64,000 nt of DNA, taken from Lepidodermella squamata (Eukaryota > Animalia > Gastrotricha). Positions 48,772 to 61,574 of the stretch are shown in pieces (positions within the stretch are counted from its first letter, which is position 1; every line of letters starts with the position of its first letter). Made by a program: the position numbers and the translations under genes. The stretch covers positions 1,488,001-1,552,000 of the forward strand of contig JBLDXI010000013.1 of NCBI GenBank assembly GCA_047495785.1, written 5' to 3'. The notes below the pieces were generated by a model that did no database searches, was not told the origin of the DNA, and worked only from the letters and a program-made list of their open reading frames with translations.

Positions 48772-50656
48772 ATGGCTCGATTGTTTTGCGAAGAGGCCAT
48801 TCCGATCGGCGATGATTTTGACGTAGAGTTCGCTGCCTCCACAACTTGCCACGGTATGAAGCGTTGCTGTATCCCGTCGTGGCATATAGTTCGCCGAATT
48901 TTCTGGGTCTTCATCACAACAATGTCGCTACTCTTGTTGGCCCAGCAGTTGACTGATCGAATTAACAATTTCAATAAATTCGAATTGAAGACGGACATTT
49001 CGATTACGGCGTCAAAGTCGCTACCTTTGCCTATGGTTACGCTGTGCAATTTGAATATTTTTACGAAAAGCTTGTTGAAACCTGTTGATAATGTCCTGTT
49101 AAACAATGTTTCATTTGCATTGGCTAAGAAAGCCAGTGGGTATTGGAAAACTCTCCGACCTGATGATGATCGTGTCGCTAATTGGTCCAGCCAAGGCTAC
49201 TGGAGTCTGGTGTCTGAGTTCGAAAAATTGGAAACTGAAATTTTCAAAATCTATCATGGTATGATTTTCCCGTAAAATTCTATCATTTCTTTTACTTTCT
49301 CCCGAAGTTGAATCTTTTAGCGTTGATCATTGGATAATGAGAACTGGCTGGCAGTTGCATGACCGCAACAGTAACAGCTCTTCGTTGTTATCGTGTCGAA
49401 TAGGCCGCACGACCTGCACTTTGAACGACTTCAAGCCTATTTTGACTCCTCAAGGGTTATGTTACTCTCTCAACCACAAAGAAGCACCTCGTTTCACTCA
49501 GAAAATGCCCGGGGGCGAGGCTGGCATCAACATTATCGTCGATATCAAGCAAGACGACTATACCCATTATATGCTCAATGGCGAAGTTGGCCAGTACGAA
49601 TGCGGTGCCAAGGTGATCATCAGCGACTGGTATGACTACATTGATTTAGGCATGGGTATTGGCATCGCGCCGGGTTTTCTCGGCTATATTTCGGCCCGAC
49701 AGATTCGTCGCAGCACCATAAATCACCCGCCATGGGGCCGTTGCGAGGCAGGTTCGCCCAATTTTCGCCTACCTTACTCCGCTCGCCGTTGCCACGCCGA
49801 GTGTACAGCTAGGCATTCAATTGAGTCTTGTGGCTGTCGTTTATGGTACGAACCGCCGATTGCCGGTGGTTACACTCCGATTTGTGGGGTAGCTCGCACC
49901 ACGGCTTGCTTGATTCTGAAGTCATTGCGTAAGTTAAACTGATGTTGGTGGAATTTTCATCTGATATTTTCTTCCAGCGGAAGAAGATAACGTTGAAGCG
50001 AAATGCATTGAATCCTGTTTAGAAGCATGTGAGGCGACATCTTACAACACGGCTGGATCTTACACTGCGCTGACTACAAACAATACAATTGACGCTTTCA
50101 TCGAATATCTAAAATCTCTAAGTGGTCGCATCTACACCGAGGCGCAAGTGCTTCGTAATATTATTGCGATTCAGGTAGGATATCCAGAACTTATTGTCGA
50201 AACAATGTCGTCAACCGCTGCTCAAACGCTGAGTGGTCTTCTTGGTATGTTTAGAACTTTTTCCTTGATTATTGGAATTATCTTGTTGTTTTAGCCGATA
50301 TCGGTGGACAGCTGGGACTTTTTGCTGGTATTTCTCTAATCACTGTCATCGAGCTTCTCGAGTACCCCGTGTTGAAAGTCTTCTCGATTATTCAAAGGCG
50401 TCGCCAAACGAACATTCATTCTTACCCGGTGGGCGGCGCTAGGATGAGTGTTCTGGCTGCCAAGTGTCGAGAAATGGGAACCGTAACATCAAATCTGAAC
50501 GGAATGTTAACTGCTGAGAAATCAGCTGTCTTAGTCGGAGCTCATCAGAGGAAATTCAGTCAGTACGATATCTCCGGTACATCCTTGTTATGTACAGTGA
50601 CTCCAACAAAACGTCGATCGAGCTTTCTCCGTGGGCGCCAAATTAGCAGGACGTGA
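48772..50656 (+). CDS. DEG/ENaC (ASIC-like) sodium channel subunit (4 exons)
   Basis: FAASTTCHG (HG motif), RRIFW-TM1, LPMVTLCN, G.CYSLN, Cys-rich thumb, and TM2 LLADIGGQLGLFAGISLITVIE. Exons ~48772-49258, 49321-49928, 49978-50244, 50295-50656. Confidence 0.93.
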
Positions 50657-51604
50657 AGTTATGTAGAGTGTGGATCTTGCACGATGAGAATTAACGCTTG
50701 TTTTTACCTGCATTTATACTTGATTTTTTATTTGAATTATAACGAAGTGATAATTTTACATCGACGATCTTTAAAATAAAATGATCACACATAGACTCAA
50801 ATTCGTTGTCATGATTCCACACTTAGTTACCTAAAAAAAGTCAACAGCAGCTGGCCTCGAAGGAAAGATATGCAACGAAATTATGTCAAGTTTCAAGAGC
50901 ATGGGAACCAGGTTCCGCGCTGGGTCATCATCTAAAGAACCCAGCCAACACATTATGACGTAATAGATTCCGGCAGCCTTGGTGTAGAAACAAAAACTCC
51001 GGAATTAGAAGTGCCATGGAATGCAGGCATGCTGCATACTGCATACTGATTTCTTTTGCAATTTGTCTCGCGAGGTTTAGCAATTAAAAAGGGTCAAGGC
51101 GCCTCACCACTGATTTTTCGCAGGCTTTTAAGCTGCCGGCAGATCGTAGCCTAAAAAGGTAATCTCTGCATTTAGAGATCGGGAAACATTATTTATAGAA
51201 GTCGCCGCGAAAGATCATCTATCATCTTCTTTAATTGGCGTCATTTTGTGTGATTCATTAGAGTTTCATGGCACCCTCGTATTTCAGGTAAATGCTATCC
51301 CAGGATTTCTGTCGATGTCTCGATCTATGTTGATCCCTAAAAGAAAGTCGTGACATCGTCATAACCGCAGGAAAATGCTTAACAGACTGAACAATAAGAA
51401 CGCCGATGCTGTGGATGGGTGGATGGATTAATAAGCCCAATCGCCAGTTGCCCGACGATATGCTTGGGCTTCAGTTTGAGAACTTAAAACCTGACTCACC
51501 GCTGTGGCGATGTTTTACACGGGTCAAGTGGCACTAAGGAGTAGAAAAATAAATTAGAAAAATAGATTACGGATCTAATCTCAGCTGTTTTGAGAAAAAT
51601 GTCG

Positions 51605-51641
51605 ATGGATGGATGTTGGATGGATGGATGGATGGATGGAT
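51605..51641. repeat. (GGAT)n microsatellite
   Basis: gatggatggatgttggatggatggatggatggatg, with a shorter copy near 51413-51428. Confidence 0.8.
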
Positions 51642-52269
51642 GTTAGACCCTGACAGCAATTCTGGTGATTTAACACGGCTTGGGTTGAGAGTTAGGCCTG
51701 TCATCGATAATTCGATGTTAGGCGCAGAGATGATGGCACGCTGGGGTACAAAAATAAATTATAAAAATAGAGCTATGATCTATTTGGTCCATTCAGACAC
51801 CTGCTCGATGAAGAATTGTTGCAAGTAGACAGCTTTGCGACAGGCTTTCGAGCTGGTGAATGGCGGTTTTGAAATGGCTATGTTCGGAAAACATTAAAAA
51901 TGACGACTAAAATTAGGTACATGTACTAAAAATGTTTAAATATTTGGATTTCCACAAATTTTTGTTATCAGAAATGTAATTTATTTAAATAACCTTCACC
52001 ATCATATCACGCGGGAAATTTGGTAGACACGGCCGATTTGAAAAATCGAACGATTCCGAATGAAGCTTGATCAATCCCGATCGAACCTGATCGAAGGTTC
52101 CATGGGAAGAGCTTGAATACGAAAGTTAGTATCTCTCTCGCACGAAAGCCCACCAGTTTACAGCTCAAAGTTAACTATTAGCCTGATCGCTTTTAAATCT
52201 CAGTTTCCTAAGATGGGCGAGTTGCAAGTTTTAAGCTTTTAAACTATATTTCATATCTGTGGTCAAATA

Positions 52270-53907
52270 ATGTTGCAAGTCAGTCTCGTATATAGAATGT
52301 CCTTACATCAGCTTATTCTGACTGAGAATCATCAATTCCGCGTTCTAGAGAATCGCGAGAAGGTGTCCAAGTTTTGCTCGTGGCTTCGTGTCCAAGCTGG
52401 CGGAGGGATGGACTCGCTCAAGCTGCGTGATTATGAAGCCATTCAGTGTGAAAGAAATGCTATTTTGTCATGGCGTAATGGCAATATTCACGAGGCATTG
52501 TTGAGTTACGAGAAAGTGAGTGACATACTGGGAGATTTTAATGGTGACCAATCCATCACGTATCTCCGTCTCTTACTTGAAATGCACAAATATGAGGAAG
52601 CATCTGCCTTGGCTTTCATCTGCTGCAAGAAGTTCGAACAGGAAAAAGCTGAGTTTGAAAGCTACCTTTGGGAATCATACTTCAAACTGGGCTATATTGA
52701 CGTCGCAAAGCGTGGTTATGGCGATGATGAATGGTTTGTAAGAGCGGCTAAGAAATGGACCAAGGAACTTGAGGCAGCGAATTTGTACGCACCGCATCGT
52801 GCTTTGAATACGGTGGATCTTAACCTGTCTTTGGAACGATTCGCGCGAATGGAAAGCTCATGTGATCTATTCTCTTTGACTCATTTATTGGTTCACCTCG
52901 AGTATGTTGGGGAATTCACTCATGCTGTTGAGTCACAATTTTTAACAAACATTCCGAGGAATAATGTCCTGCTGAGGATCTTTCGCGATGCTAATTTCTC
53001 TAATATCGCCCCTGAAGACATACACTTTATGACTTGGTTTTTCAAACTGACGTTACGCATGAAAATAATGACGGCGCTGGCTGATCAACAATGGTTCCGG
53101 CAATTTATTACCAACTTCAGTTGGAGCCTGGTTTCTCAGGAAAGTGCAAAGCGTTTGGCTAATTTCAAGACTGGACAACTACATCTGTTTTTCTCTGAAT
53201 TCTTCACGTTTTCTCGATGTATTTTTCATCGAAATCCGCCCAGTTTTTCTTGGTTCTGCCGAGCAAACCTCCTGTTTATTTTTAGCGGTGACAGAATTAA
53301 TAATATTCCGCCTTATGGTGCTTGTGACTTTTCCCAATACGCTCTTGATTTGAGCCTTGTCAATTTTTCTCGAAAAAGCCTGGCGATTGAGGGCAAACTG
53401 AGTTTGCTACTTGCTCAAATCAATTTTGCCGAATGGAAGTTTGATCTGCTAATGGATGGTGGCGAGGAAAAGGCTTTGATGATGATGTTTGCACCTAGAA
53501 CTCGTTTGGAGTTTTTGCGATTTACGAACCTTGTCTTGAAGAAATTGGTTAAAACAGACGGATTTTTGTCGGAGGAAATTTGCTTACCAGCTGCTATTCA
53601 TGTCGGTGAACGTTTTGGTTTTTTGGCCTCTAATGCAGACAATTTGAATCGAATTGGAAAGTATTTGCTCAATTCATCGCTGCTCATGCTGATTGAATTA
53701 CTTTCGGCTTCATTGAAACTTTCGAAAGATAACCTGCCAAGCAGCACATTTTTTACGGGCTCTCGCGCTTTTTGCGAGGTAATCACGCCAGGTCTAGTCA
53801 AATTCGGTTGTTCTTTCTCCGGTGCTCGTTTAGCGGGTGATTCGGCTATTCTCGAATCACTCGTCGCCTTTAAGCACAAGACTGCTGAACTATTTGAAGA
53901 AATTTGA
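52270..53907 (+). CDS. Uncharacterised helical (TPR-like N-terminal) protein, single long ORF; start may be 52408
   Basis: 545-codon uninterrupted ORF. NAILSWRNGNIHEALLSYEK and YLRLLLEMHKYEEA resemble TPR helices. No family recognised. Confidence 0.6.
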   Translation: MLQVSLVYRMSLHQLILTENHQFRVLENREKVSKFCSWLRVQAGGGMDSLKLRDYEAIQCERNAILSWRNGNIHEALLSYEKVSDILGDFNGDQSITYLRLLLEMHKYEEASALAFICCKKFEQEKAEFESYLWESYFKLGYIDVAKRGYGDDEWFVRAAKKWTKELEAANLYAPHRALNTVDLNLSLERFARMESSCDLFSLTHLLVHLEYVGEFTHAVESQFLTNIPRNNVLLRIFRDANFSNIAPEDIHFMTWFFKLTLRMKIMTALADQQWFRQFITNFSWSLVSQESAKRLANFKTGQLHLFFSEFFTFSRCIFHRNPPSFSWFCRANLLFIFSGDRINNIPPYGACDFSQYALDLSLVNFSRKSLAIEGKLSLLLAQINFAEWKFDLLMDGGEEKALMMMFAPRTRLEFLRFTNLVLKKLVKTDGFLSEEICLPAAIHVGERFGFLASNADNLNRIGKYLLNSSLLMLIELLSASLKLSKDNLPSSTFFTGSRAFCEVITPGLVKFGCSFSGARLAGDSAILESLVAFKHKTAELFEEI

Positions 53908-54117
53908 TGTTTATTTTGTTGAATTTTGAATCTTTGAATTCTATTATTTACTTGCTAATTCAGTTTGAAATCGAAAATTTATTGTTTTGATCGTTTATGT
54001 GCTCAAGCTTACTTAGTTATGATCTAAAGTGCCACTATCTTTTCTAATCTCTAATAAAAATTATTTTTCATGGGCTTGATCTGTCGATATTTAGAGTTTA
54101 GAGTAATAAAACATATA

Positions 54118-56153
54118 ATGGAGAAATTTGGAGCCTTTTCTATTTCAAACGCCTGCAGTTGCATGCTGCTGTCGATTCATTTTGAAGGCGGGTTGCAAAG
54201 TCCCTTTCCGTTACCGGGCTTGATTCGAGCGAAAATTTATTTTGAGAAGGACGACTTATCGCATGTTGCGGCTCGTCGAATCAGATCTGTAACAGCTTCG
54301 GATAACTTCTTCCAGTCAAAAATAGGAAAGGCGACTATGGGACTTCCATCAGATTCCAGTCAGTATTTCTACGTCGATATCCAATTACCGAGACAAGTTC
54401 CTATTATTATGGTCCAAATTATCAATGAACTTGCCTTCGCCAGAATTTCAAGCATTTCAGCTAGGTCTTCACGCCAAACGGAACAGTCGAAGCTATCAAA
54501 TTGGACTAGAACAGTTGAAGAATCATGTTCGACCTCCGTTTCTAACATTCGAGCCCCGAAAATAGCTAGTCTTGACGTACTGCGATTTCATTTCAGCTTT
54601 GAAAGCTCAAGTCAGGAAAAATTTCGAACAGCAAATGTTGACAAAATTGCAATTCAATGCTTTGATTCAAGCATTCCGATGGACCGAATTCTGAACATTT
54701 CATCCAGTTCTATCATTCGAGATGATTTTGAGAAGGAACCGCCGAATTTTCCCATCGAAATCTGGCTTCGAATCGCCTACCATTTACCGTGTCGCCTTAC
54801 AGTTTGTTAGCTTTTCAACGTGATAATAAAATTTGCGAAATCGCGTTTTCAAAATATTTTAGGCTCTGGTAGCTCTATCTGGAACTTGCAAATTATGGCG
54901 AAGAATTTTTGGCGCCCCAGAATTTTACGACGTCGTCGATTTTAGACTCTGTTCCTCAAAATTTCCGAATGCCTCGGAAGAATTCTTCGAATTTTTAATA
55001 TCACGTTGCTCTGAATCAATTCGATCATTGAGGCTATCCTGGCTAACATCATGGCCAGATGTTCCTGGGTACGATTTGGCTGGTTTTCTCGAAAAGCTCA
55101 AAAAGGATTCACTCATCACGTTCATTGCAGAAAATTGCTACGCGCTAAGTGATTTATCACTTGATGTTTTGTTCGAAACTCAATCATCCATTCAGTATTT
55201 GCGCGTTGAAGGTTAGTTTGAAAAATTCAACTAAAATATCAAGCAAATTTGATTTGTCTCATACAGGTTGCCCTGCGATCACAGCCGAGGGCTATGTGGC
55301 TATTGCCAAGCTAGCTCAACTTCGTCACCTTTCACTGGGCAGCACTAATCTCGGAATAATGTCGAGCGCCCTTGTGCCATTTTGTCAACCGAATCGAGCT
55401 GAAAAGTTGGAAATTTTCGAATGCGACGAAACAGCCCTGGTCGATTACACGCCTACAGCCGATTCTTACGCTTGGATGATCCTGCCCAAGTTTCTGGTCG
55501 CCCTTGCCTCAAGTGCGCCGACTTGCAATCTAAGGGTTATTAACATCCGATTTCAGGATATCGACAAAGACTTGCCTACGGCTTATCGGCTGTCGAACTT
55601 CCTCAAATTTTGTTTTACGAACTGCCCGAAACTCGAAGAGCTCTACGTCGATAAAGCGTGCGGCGGATTTTCCGGTGAAGATCTCATCGAAGCTGTTAAT
55701 CAACTTGAAAAACCAGTTTCGAGTCTATGCCCTAATTTAAGGCGATTTTCTATCATTTTCTTTTTCGTTGGAGATACGAGAAAAACTTATCTTGGCACGC
55801 CGTATTTCGAAGCTTTGACATCCTGCCTTTCTGGGCTGAAAAAACTGGACAGGCTAGCTTTAGCCTGCTTCGAACAGGACGATCAGCTGGATCCTACTAT
55901 TTGGGTATGTCAAATCGATTGAGGAAAAATGAAGCGACTGATTTCTATTTTTCAGGATATTTCTTATTTGATGGAAAATTTGCGTTATATGAGAGAATTA
56001 TTCATCTGGAAAGATACGATTATTGGCGATTTCGAAGCTTTGGAAAATGCTCGACGCTGCAATCCGAACTGTTCGATAGATATTAGACGCTCGATGCGAA
56101 ACAAAAGTGACCCCCTTTTCGGGGAAATGTGCTTTCAACCTGAAAAATCTTGA
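54118..56153 (+). CDS. F-box / leucine-rich repeat protein with unassigned N-terminal extension (4 exons)
   Basis: F-box NFPIEIWLRIAYHLP...LVALSGTCKLWRRI spans a short intron; LRR-like IRSLRLSW, IQYLRVEGCPAIT, LRHLSLG, CPKLEELYV, CPNLRRFSI. Confidence 0.82.
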
Positions 56154-56181
56154 TTTTTAATAAGAAATTCGCATGCAAATA

Positions 56182-58250
56182 TTATTCATTTTCATCACTA
56201 GCTGGGCAGCATTCATGGACAATAACCACGCCTATCAGATCAAAGTAATAAAATTCGGACAGTTTTTCGACGCGGATGTCAAGGCTGCTCAGATAAGTTC
56301 CGTTTGGCCGGTTACACATGACTGAATTTGATGTTTCATTGCCGACGCCTCGGCCTTCTTCCATTAGCGGCGCGAATGGAAGGTACTGAATGACATTATT
56401 CACAGCGGAATACGGGTGCATTTCACCTACTATCCTAGCCCATCGGTATTGCTGAGTTACATTTGTTTCTCTATGCGTAAAGTTCGTTTTGACATCGATT
56501 GCCAGCTCACCCCTGGTCTCGCTATCAAGTCGCACACCGCAGTATTTACACGTGACAAACGCCAGGGCAAGATGGGGTATAGCCGGCCGAGAGCCGCAAA
56601 TCGCCGTCGTATTACCCAGGTCCGATTGCGGCAATCGAAACTGAACATAAGCCGGCAGTTTTTCTCTCAATTCGTAGTACATGAGAAGGTCGAGGTTTGA
56701 GCGGCGACCGTCGTCGTATATAAGATTGTAGCCAAGACTTGCGAAATTGTCATCGCCTCTGACCGGTTGCGTGTCGATCCTAGTTTTCGCTAAGCGATCA
56801 CTTGCTTTAAAAGGCCGTTTGAAAGAAATGAAGCAGTCGATATCTACGACTCGTTTTGATTTGGTGAAGAAGAAATTATCGGGCAGCGGGAAGTCCTTTT
56901 TCAAAGCCTCAATCGCATCATCACTCATGTCTACACGATCGTTGGCTAGGCGTCGAATTAGCCGGTTAATCGAGGTTCGAACGTAGTTGATCAAGAAATC
57001 TGCCATGATTAGATGCGCTAGGGCGGATGGATGGTAGTTGTCCGTTGAAGAAAATAGGTCAAGCATCAGCTTCGCATTCGGCGCGTCGACTTCATCACAG
57101 AAAATTTGCTTCCACCCAACAGCTGGTACCTGGTAATGCTTGACTACAGGTAGGTAAATGTCGTCCGTAGATTCGCATCGCTTTTGCGTCGAAAAATCTT
57201 GCCGTGGGCTGAACAATTTCGCGATGTAAGGACTGTTCATCATAATGATGTGAACGTCCGGATTTATTCGCCAAACACTTCGGAAAAGCTCCTCCAAATG
57301 CCGACCCGCGTCGTAGCTGGTTTCGTAACCAGGCAGCTTGTTGTCATAGGCTGACGCGTCGTTAACCGCAAATTCAACAAGCAGCAGGTCAGTTTCGTTC
57401 AGGTTCACGAATTCTTGCAAGCAAACAGAGAAGAATTGGCTAGCTGTACCGCCGATTGCCGCGTTTTTGTATTCCACGGACAACCCGACTTCTTGGAGTG
57501 CTGTTTCCAGCCACTGGTGGAAGACTTCGATGTAAGACAAGTATCTCTATTCATGAAGAAAAATTGCTGAATTATAGGGGTACTTGATATGAAAAGCAAA
57601 GCTTTTACCGGCATAGCAGTTCCGACTGTTATCGATCCTCCAACTGCAACAACTCTAAGAGCGTTCTTACTTGGAAGACCAGCTCCGCCGCCGTTGTATT
57701 TCTGCCTTACTTTCCTGGTTATCATTTTCAGCAGGGTATGATCCAGTCTGAGTTGATCGCCTCGGTATTGAAGTGACCGATTGGCTAACCGGAAGGTGTA
57801 GTCTGCCATGGGGGCGTAGTTAATAATTCGCTCAAGATCTCTACGCACCAACTGCTGCAGAATCTCGTCATCGAGTGGCGAAGGGGTTGAGCTGGTGGTG
57901 GTCGATTGTTGGGTTGTCGTTGCTCCGGGGTCTATCCTAGTCGTCGGCTGCTCCTTTGTCGCAAGCGAGAAAGATGATAATGGCGTAGTTGACCTATTTT
58001 CCGAGTAATAAGCCGCTGATTCACTGCCGAAGTTTTCTCGCGATAATTTTATCGACTGCAAGGTTGGCTGGGGAGTGGTTGAACTTATGGCTTTCGTTGT
58101 AGAATTTCGCCTTTCAGTCGACGCCTGTGTTGAGTACGTCCACGTAACGACGGGTGAGGTTTGTTGTTCTTGCGTGGTAGTTCCATCGCCAATAACAAAG
58201 CTGATAGCGAGATAAAGGCTGGCAATAATTATGCACAAATTAGGCGTCAT
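56182..58250 (-). CDS. SGNH/GDSL hydrolase family protein with signal peptide/anchor and Thr-rich stem (2 exons)
   Basis: Block I VVAVGGSITVG, block II KNAAIGGTAS, block III LLVEFAVND, block V DNYHPS (DxxH). Intron at ~57547-57608. Confidence 0.88.
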
Positions 58251-58554
58251 CAACTCTGCTTGCTTATATAAGCCCGTACAGCAAACAGGTAGAATGGTGT
58301 GCAAAAAATTATTGTAGAACGTGCGGTCAATAAAAGTAGTGTTTAGTAAATGCTAATTCTCCCCTTGTTGTTACAAACACGAATCTTGTGCGGCTATTAC
58401 TGCCCTGATAATGCCCGCGTATGTGCCGGCCATTGGAGCCGTGAAATACTAGCTAAACCCAACGACTGAGCACGGCCACGCTTCGCTCGAGTCGACTTTA
58501 CACGGGCGCGATGGGAGACACGAGATTATATATAGACGAGAAGCTGGCACTACA

Positions 58555-58838
58555 ATTACTTTGAGAGCCGCATATGAATTAATTCGACACCTGTGTGATA
58601 AAATAAATCAAGATGATGCACCGATTCAGCTTTATTTCAAAATTATTGTCGTTTCCCTCTATTCTTCCTGTTCTTACTTCATTAGAACGGAATTCGCGTT
58701 CAACGATTGAGTCCGGACCTCCGACCTCCGCGACGAATGGCTAATTTGCGAAGCTGGTCTACCACCACGAGGAAGAAAGCGAAAGGCCTCGCAATTAGCC
58801 ACCAAAAACCGGAAATTGGAGCCATCAAAAATCTTGTT
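58555..58838 (-). pseudogene. Orphan, frameshifted copy of the last exon and 3' UTR of the P2C ATPase
   Basis: Aligns by eye with 62588-62860. Reads [36 protein letters not shown], then a 7-bp duplication (GGAGGTC) shifts the frame. Confidence 0.85.
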
Positions 58839-58982
58839 CAAGATTAAGTGAAATTACTCTGAATGTTGTAAAAGTAATTAGGTACCTTCGACATTAATTC
58901 CTGGACATTGGCAAAGCAAAACTGCAATTTCAAAAACATTTCAAATATCTTTTAGCGGATCAAATTTAATCAAATTTAACTC

Positions 58983-59483
58983 GAGGGGAACCTAATTTGC
59001 TGCCGCAGAACCTAACTTGAAATATGCCATAAATCGAAGGTGGATAGGTAATAACCCCATGAGTGGGGTACCGTTGAATAGCCTGAAAGACGGGTTCTCC
59101 GAAAATGGCATATGATTTTAATTTATACAAGGCGGATTCGGTTGAGCAGCGACGGAAGTTCTACCGAAAATAAAACAACTCGGCAATTTTACCCAAACCT
59201 TACCTCTAATTTCTTGTCCCGAAATAGGTTGCATTAATGTGCATTGTACATATCTAGACTGGCCTTTTCTTGGGCTATCCAACGGTATCCCACTCATGGG
59301 GTCACTACCCAATCCACCTTCGATTTTTGGTATGCTAATGTCACCCGCCCACTGTGCTAAGTCACCCCAATTTACGGTATGTCTTCTACAGAATTTTACT
59401 CTTAATTTTTAGAATTATGACGGTCAATAATGGCACCCTTGATAGGTTCAGGTCTAATAAAATTCCAAAATTAGGTTCCCCTC
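58983..59483. repeat. Nested inverted repeats, possible MITE
   Basis: Outer 16-bp IR GAGGGGAACCTAATTT (58983-58998 / 59468-59483) and inner ~57-bp imperfect IR (59031-59091 / 59270-59326). No clear TSD. Confidence 0.6.
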
Positions 59484-59852
59484 TGCCCACTGTAACAACC
59501 TATAAGCGATAAGCGAGCCATATTCGTGCGTTTTTTGTGTCGAAATAGCCGAAATACTCGAAATAGTCTCAGCATGTTTGTATGTATTTTTTCGGAAATA
59601 ACTCGGCCACGTGACTTTTCGCAATTTTTCGCTCATAACATCAACAGATCTTTAAAAAATCGCCCGGTGTAACTCACAAAAAATGACGGTAAATAAAATT
59701 AGCAAGTCAACAGGGATGACGATTTTGTCAGCCAGCCTCGGCGTGACGAAAACTCCGCCCGTTCACTAAAATTACTATAAGGAGGCGTTATTTATCAAAT
59801 AATTATAATTATAGTCTTTTTGTATCTCAACGAATAAATAATATGACTCTGG

Positions 59853-61490
59853 CTATGATCTAGCAGATAGACGCTGTCTCGCATCACCACTCGGTCTGTT
59901 CAACAACTGTCCTTGGTCTGATAGATTATTCTCATCCGCTTCGTCCGCCGTACGCCATCGACGCCGTTTCTCGAAGAAAAATATAATACCAAATAGGAGG
60001 ATAACCTCGCCACAAATTCCCAGCAAAGGCCAAAGTGCAGCAAATTTATCTATTAGAAATACAGTGAGATGATAGCTAGAGAATGGTGTTGATAATATAC
60101 CTTTTACTCGAATCTGATAAGTAGTGAAAGCTTCAGTATTTTCGCTTGAACCAGTGACAGAGACATTATAAACTCCGGCTTCACTCTGCAATGCCGGATC
60201 GAGAACGATCTCGACCACCATGTCTTCAAATATGCATTGGGCCTGAAATTCAAAAATATATAAACGTATTTTTGGCAATAGATTATTTACAAACCTTCAC
60301 TTGATCTTTGTTAGCTGTAGCAGGCAGATCAACGCGACACTGCGTGAATGGCCAGCCGTAAACCTGGCATCGGAAAACACATCGGCTACCTGCGACACAG
60401 GTAGATCCGGAAGTAAGAGAGCACTTTCTAACTTGAATTCCGGTTGCTGTTCAAAGACAAATAATCATTCCAACTTGTTATGGTATCATGCTGATTTTGC
60501 AAAATTACAATAAAAATCAATGTAAGAAGTGGTTTGTATTACACCTCGTTCCATTGGACTTTCGCTAGGCTTCATCAATATGCACCTAAATCGACCAGCC
60601 AGTTTTAGAAGCGCTTCCTCTGCGGCTGCCTCTCCGATGGGAATAACTGTTGGTAAAGGGAACTATACTTTAAACCTGGACACTATTGAAATTCCTCCTA
60701 CCCAGAGATGCAGTTGAGCAGATGAGAGCTTCTCCTGGGCCAGGAACAAAAGCTTCACAAGAAGTAGTCAAACCGTTGAAAATAGCTGGAGAGGTTAGCG
60801 GCAGATCTAAGACTGTTGTAGCAGTACCTACCAAGTTGTTATCTCTCGGTAGTGCAAATGCGCAAGTCATGTTCGGTTGAGATTTCGTTGGGGGTGCTTT
60901 GAGCACTGTGAAATGAAGTGAAATATATCAGCGAGGTTTTTTGAGTTTGAAATACCTCGGATGACGGTCCAACTGCGCGAAGCATTAGCATCACCGGCAC
61001 ACTTAGCAGTTAACTGACCGGTAGCAGTCAAAACAACGGTAAGGTTCACTGTTGAGTGAAATTCATCGAAGTTGGAAAGTTTGTTGACTATGGCCATGTT
61101 TCTCAGCTCTATTGCTGGTCCATTGGCAAGTCTTTGCTGATTAACCAAGTTCACTTCGATCTTAGAATTTCCAGCTGAATGCTGCAGAGTGAACACGGCT
61201 GCAGAACCAGCCGGCTGCGATTTTGCTGAAAGAAGTTGAGATTTAGAGCTGGAAAATTTTCAAAATGGTAATACATTTCACGACACAGCTGATATTGAAA
61301 GATTCATCTTTAATCAGTAGAAGATAGTTTGGCTGGATAGTAATAGTGGCAAGGCCATCACTTCCGGAGACTGCTGAAATTATGGAATGCTATAATGTCA
61401 CAATAGTAAACAGCGACGCAATTACATACTGCATATATTAAAGTAGGCCCAGAATAGGAGCTGAACACCAGAATAAAGTGTTAAATGCAT
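59853..61490 (-). CDS. Basigin/neuroplastin-like Ig-superfamily single-pass membrane protein (multi-exon)
   Basis: Diagnostic TM AALWPLLGICGEVILLFGIIFFFEKRRR with intramembrane Glu; degenerate Ig strands (EAGVYNVSV, AGRFRCI); N-terminal signal-like exon. Confidence 0.8.
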
Positions 61491-61574
61491 TTTTTTAATA
61501 AATGCTAAAAAAAACTATCAAAATGCTAAAAAACTGCCTGAGAATCACCTGAGAAAGCACATGAGACGGTCAAA

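Noticed and set aside
51240-51830. Possible Helentron/DINE-like element around the (GGAT)n tract
   Set aside because: Only the microsatellite context is suggestive; no termini or hairpin could be established.
58682-58835. Alternative terminal exon for the ATPase
   Set aside because: It carries a frameshifting 7-bp duplication and lies beyond an intervening gene; treated as a duplication relic.
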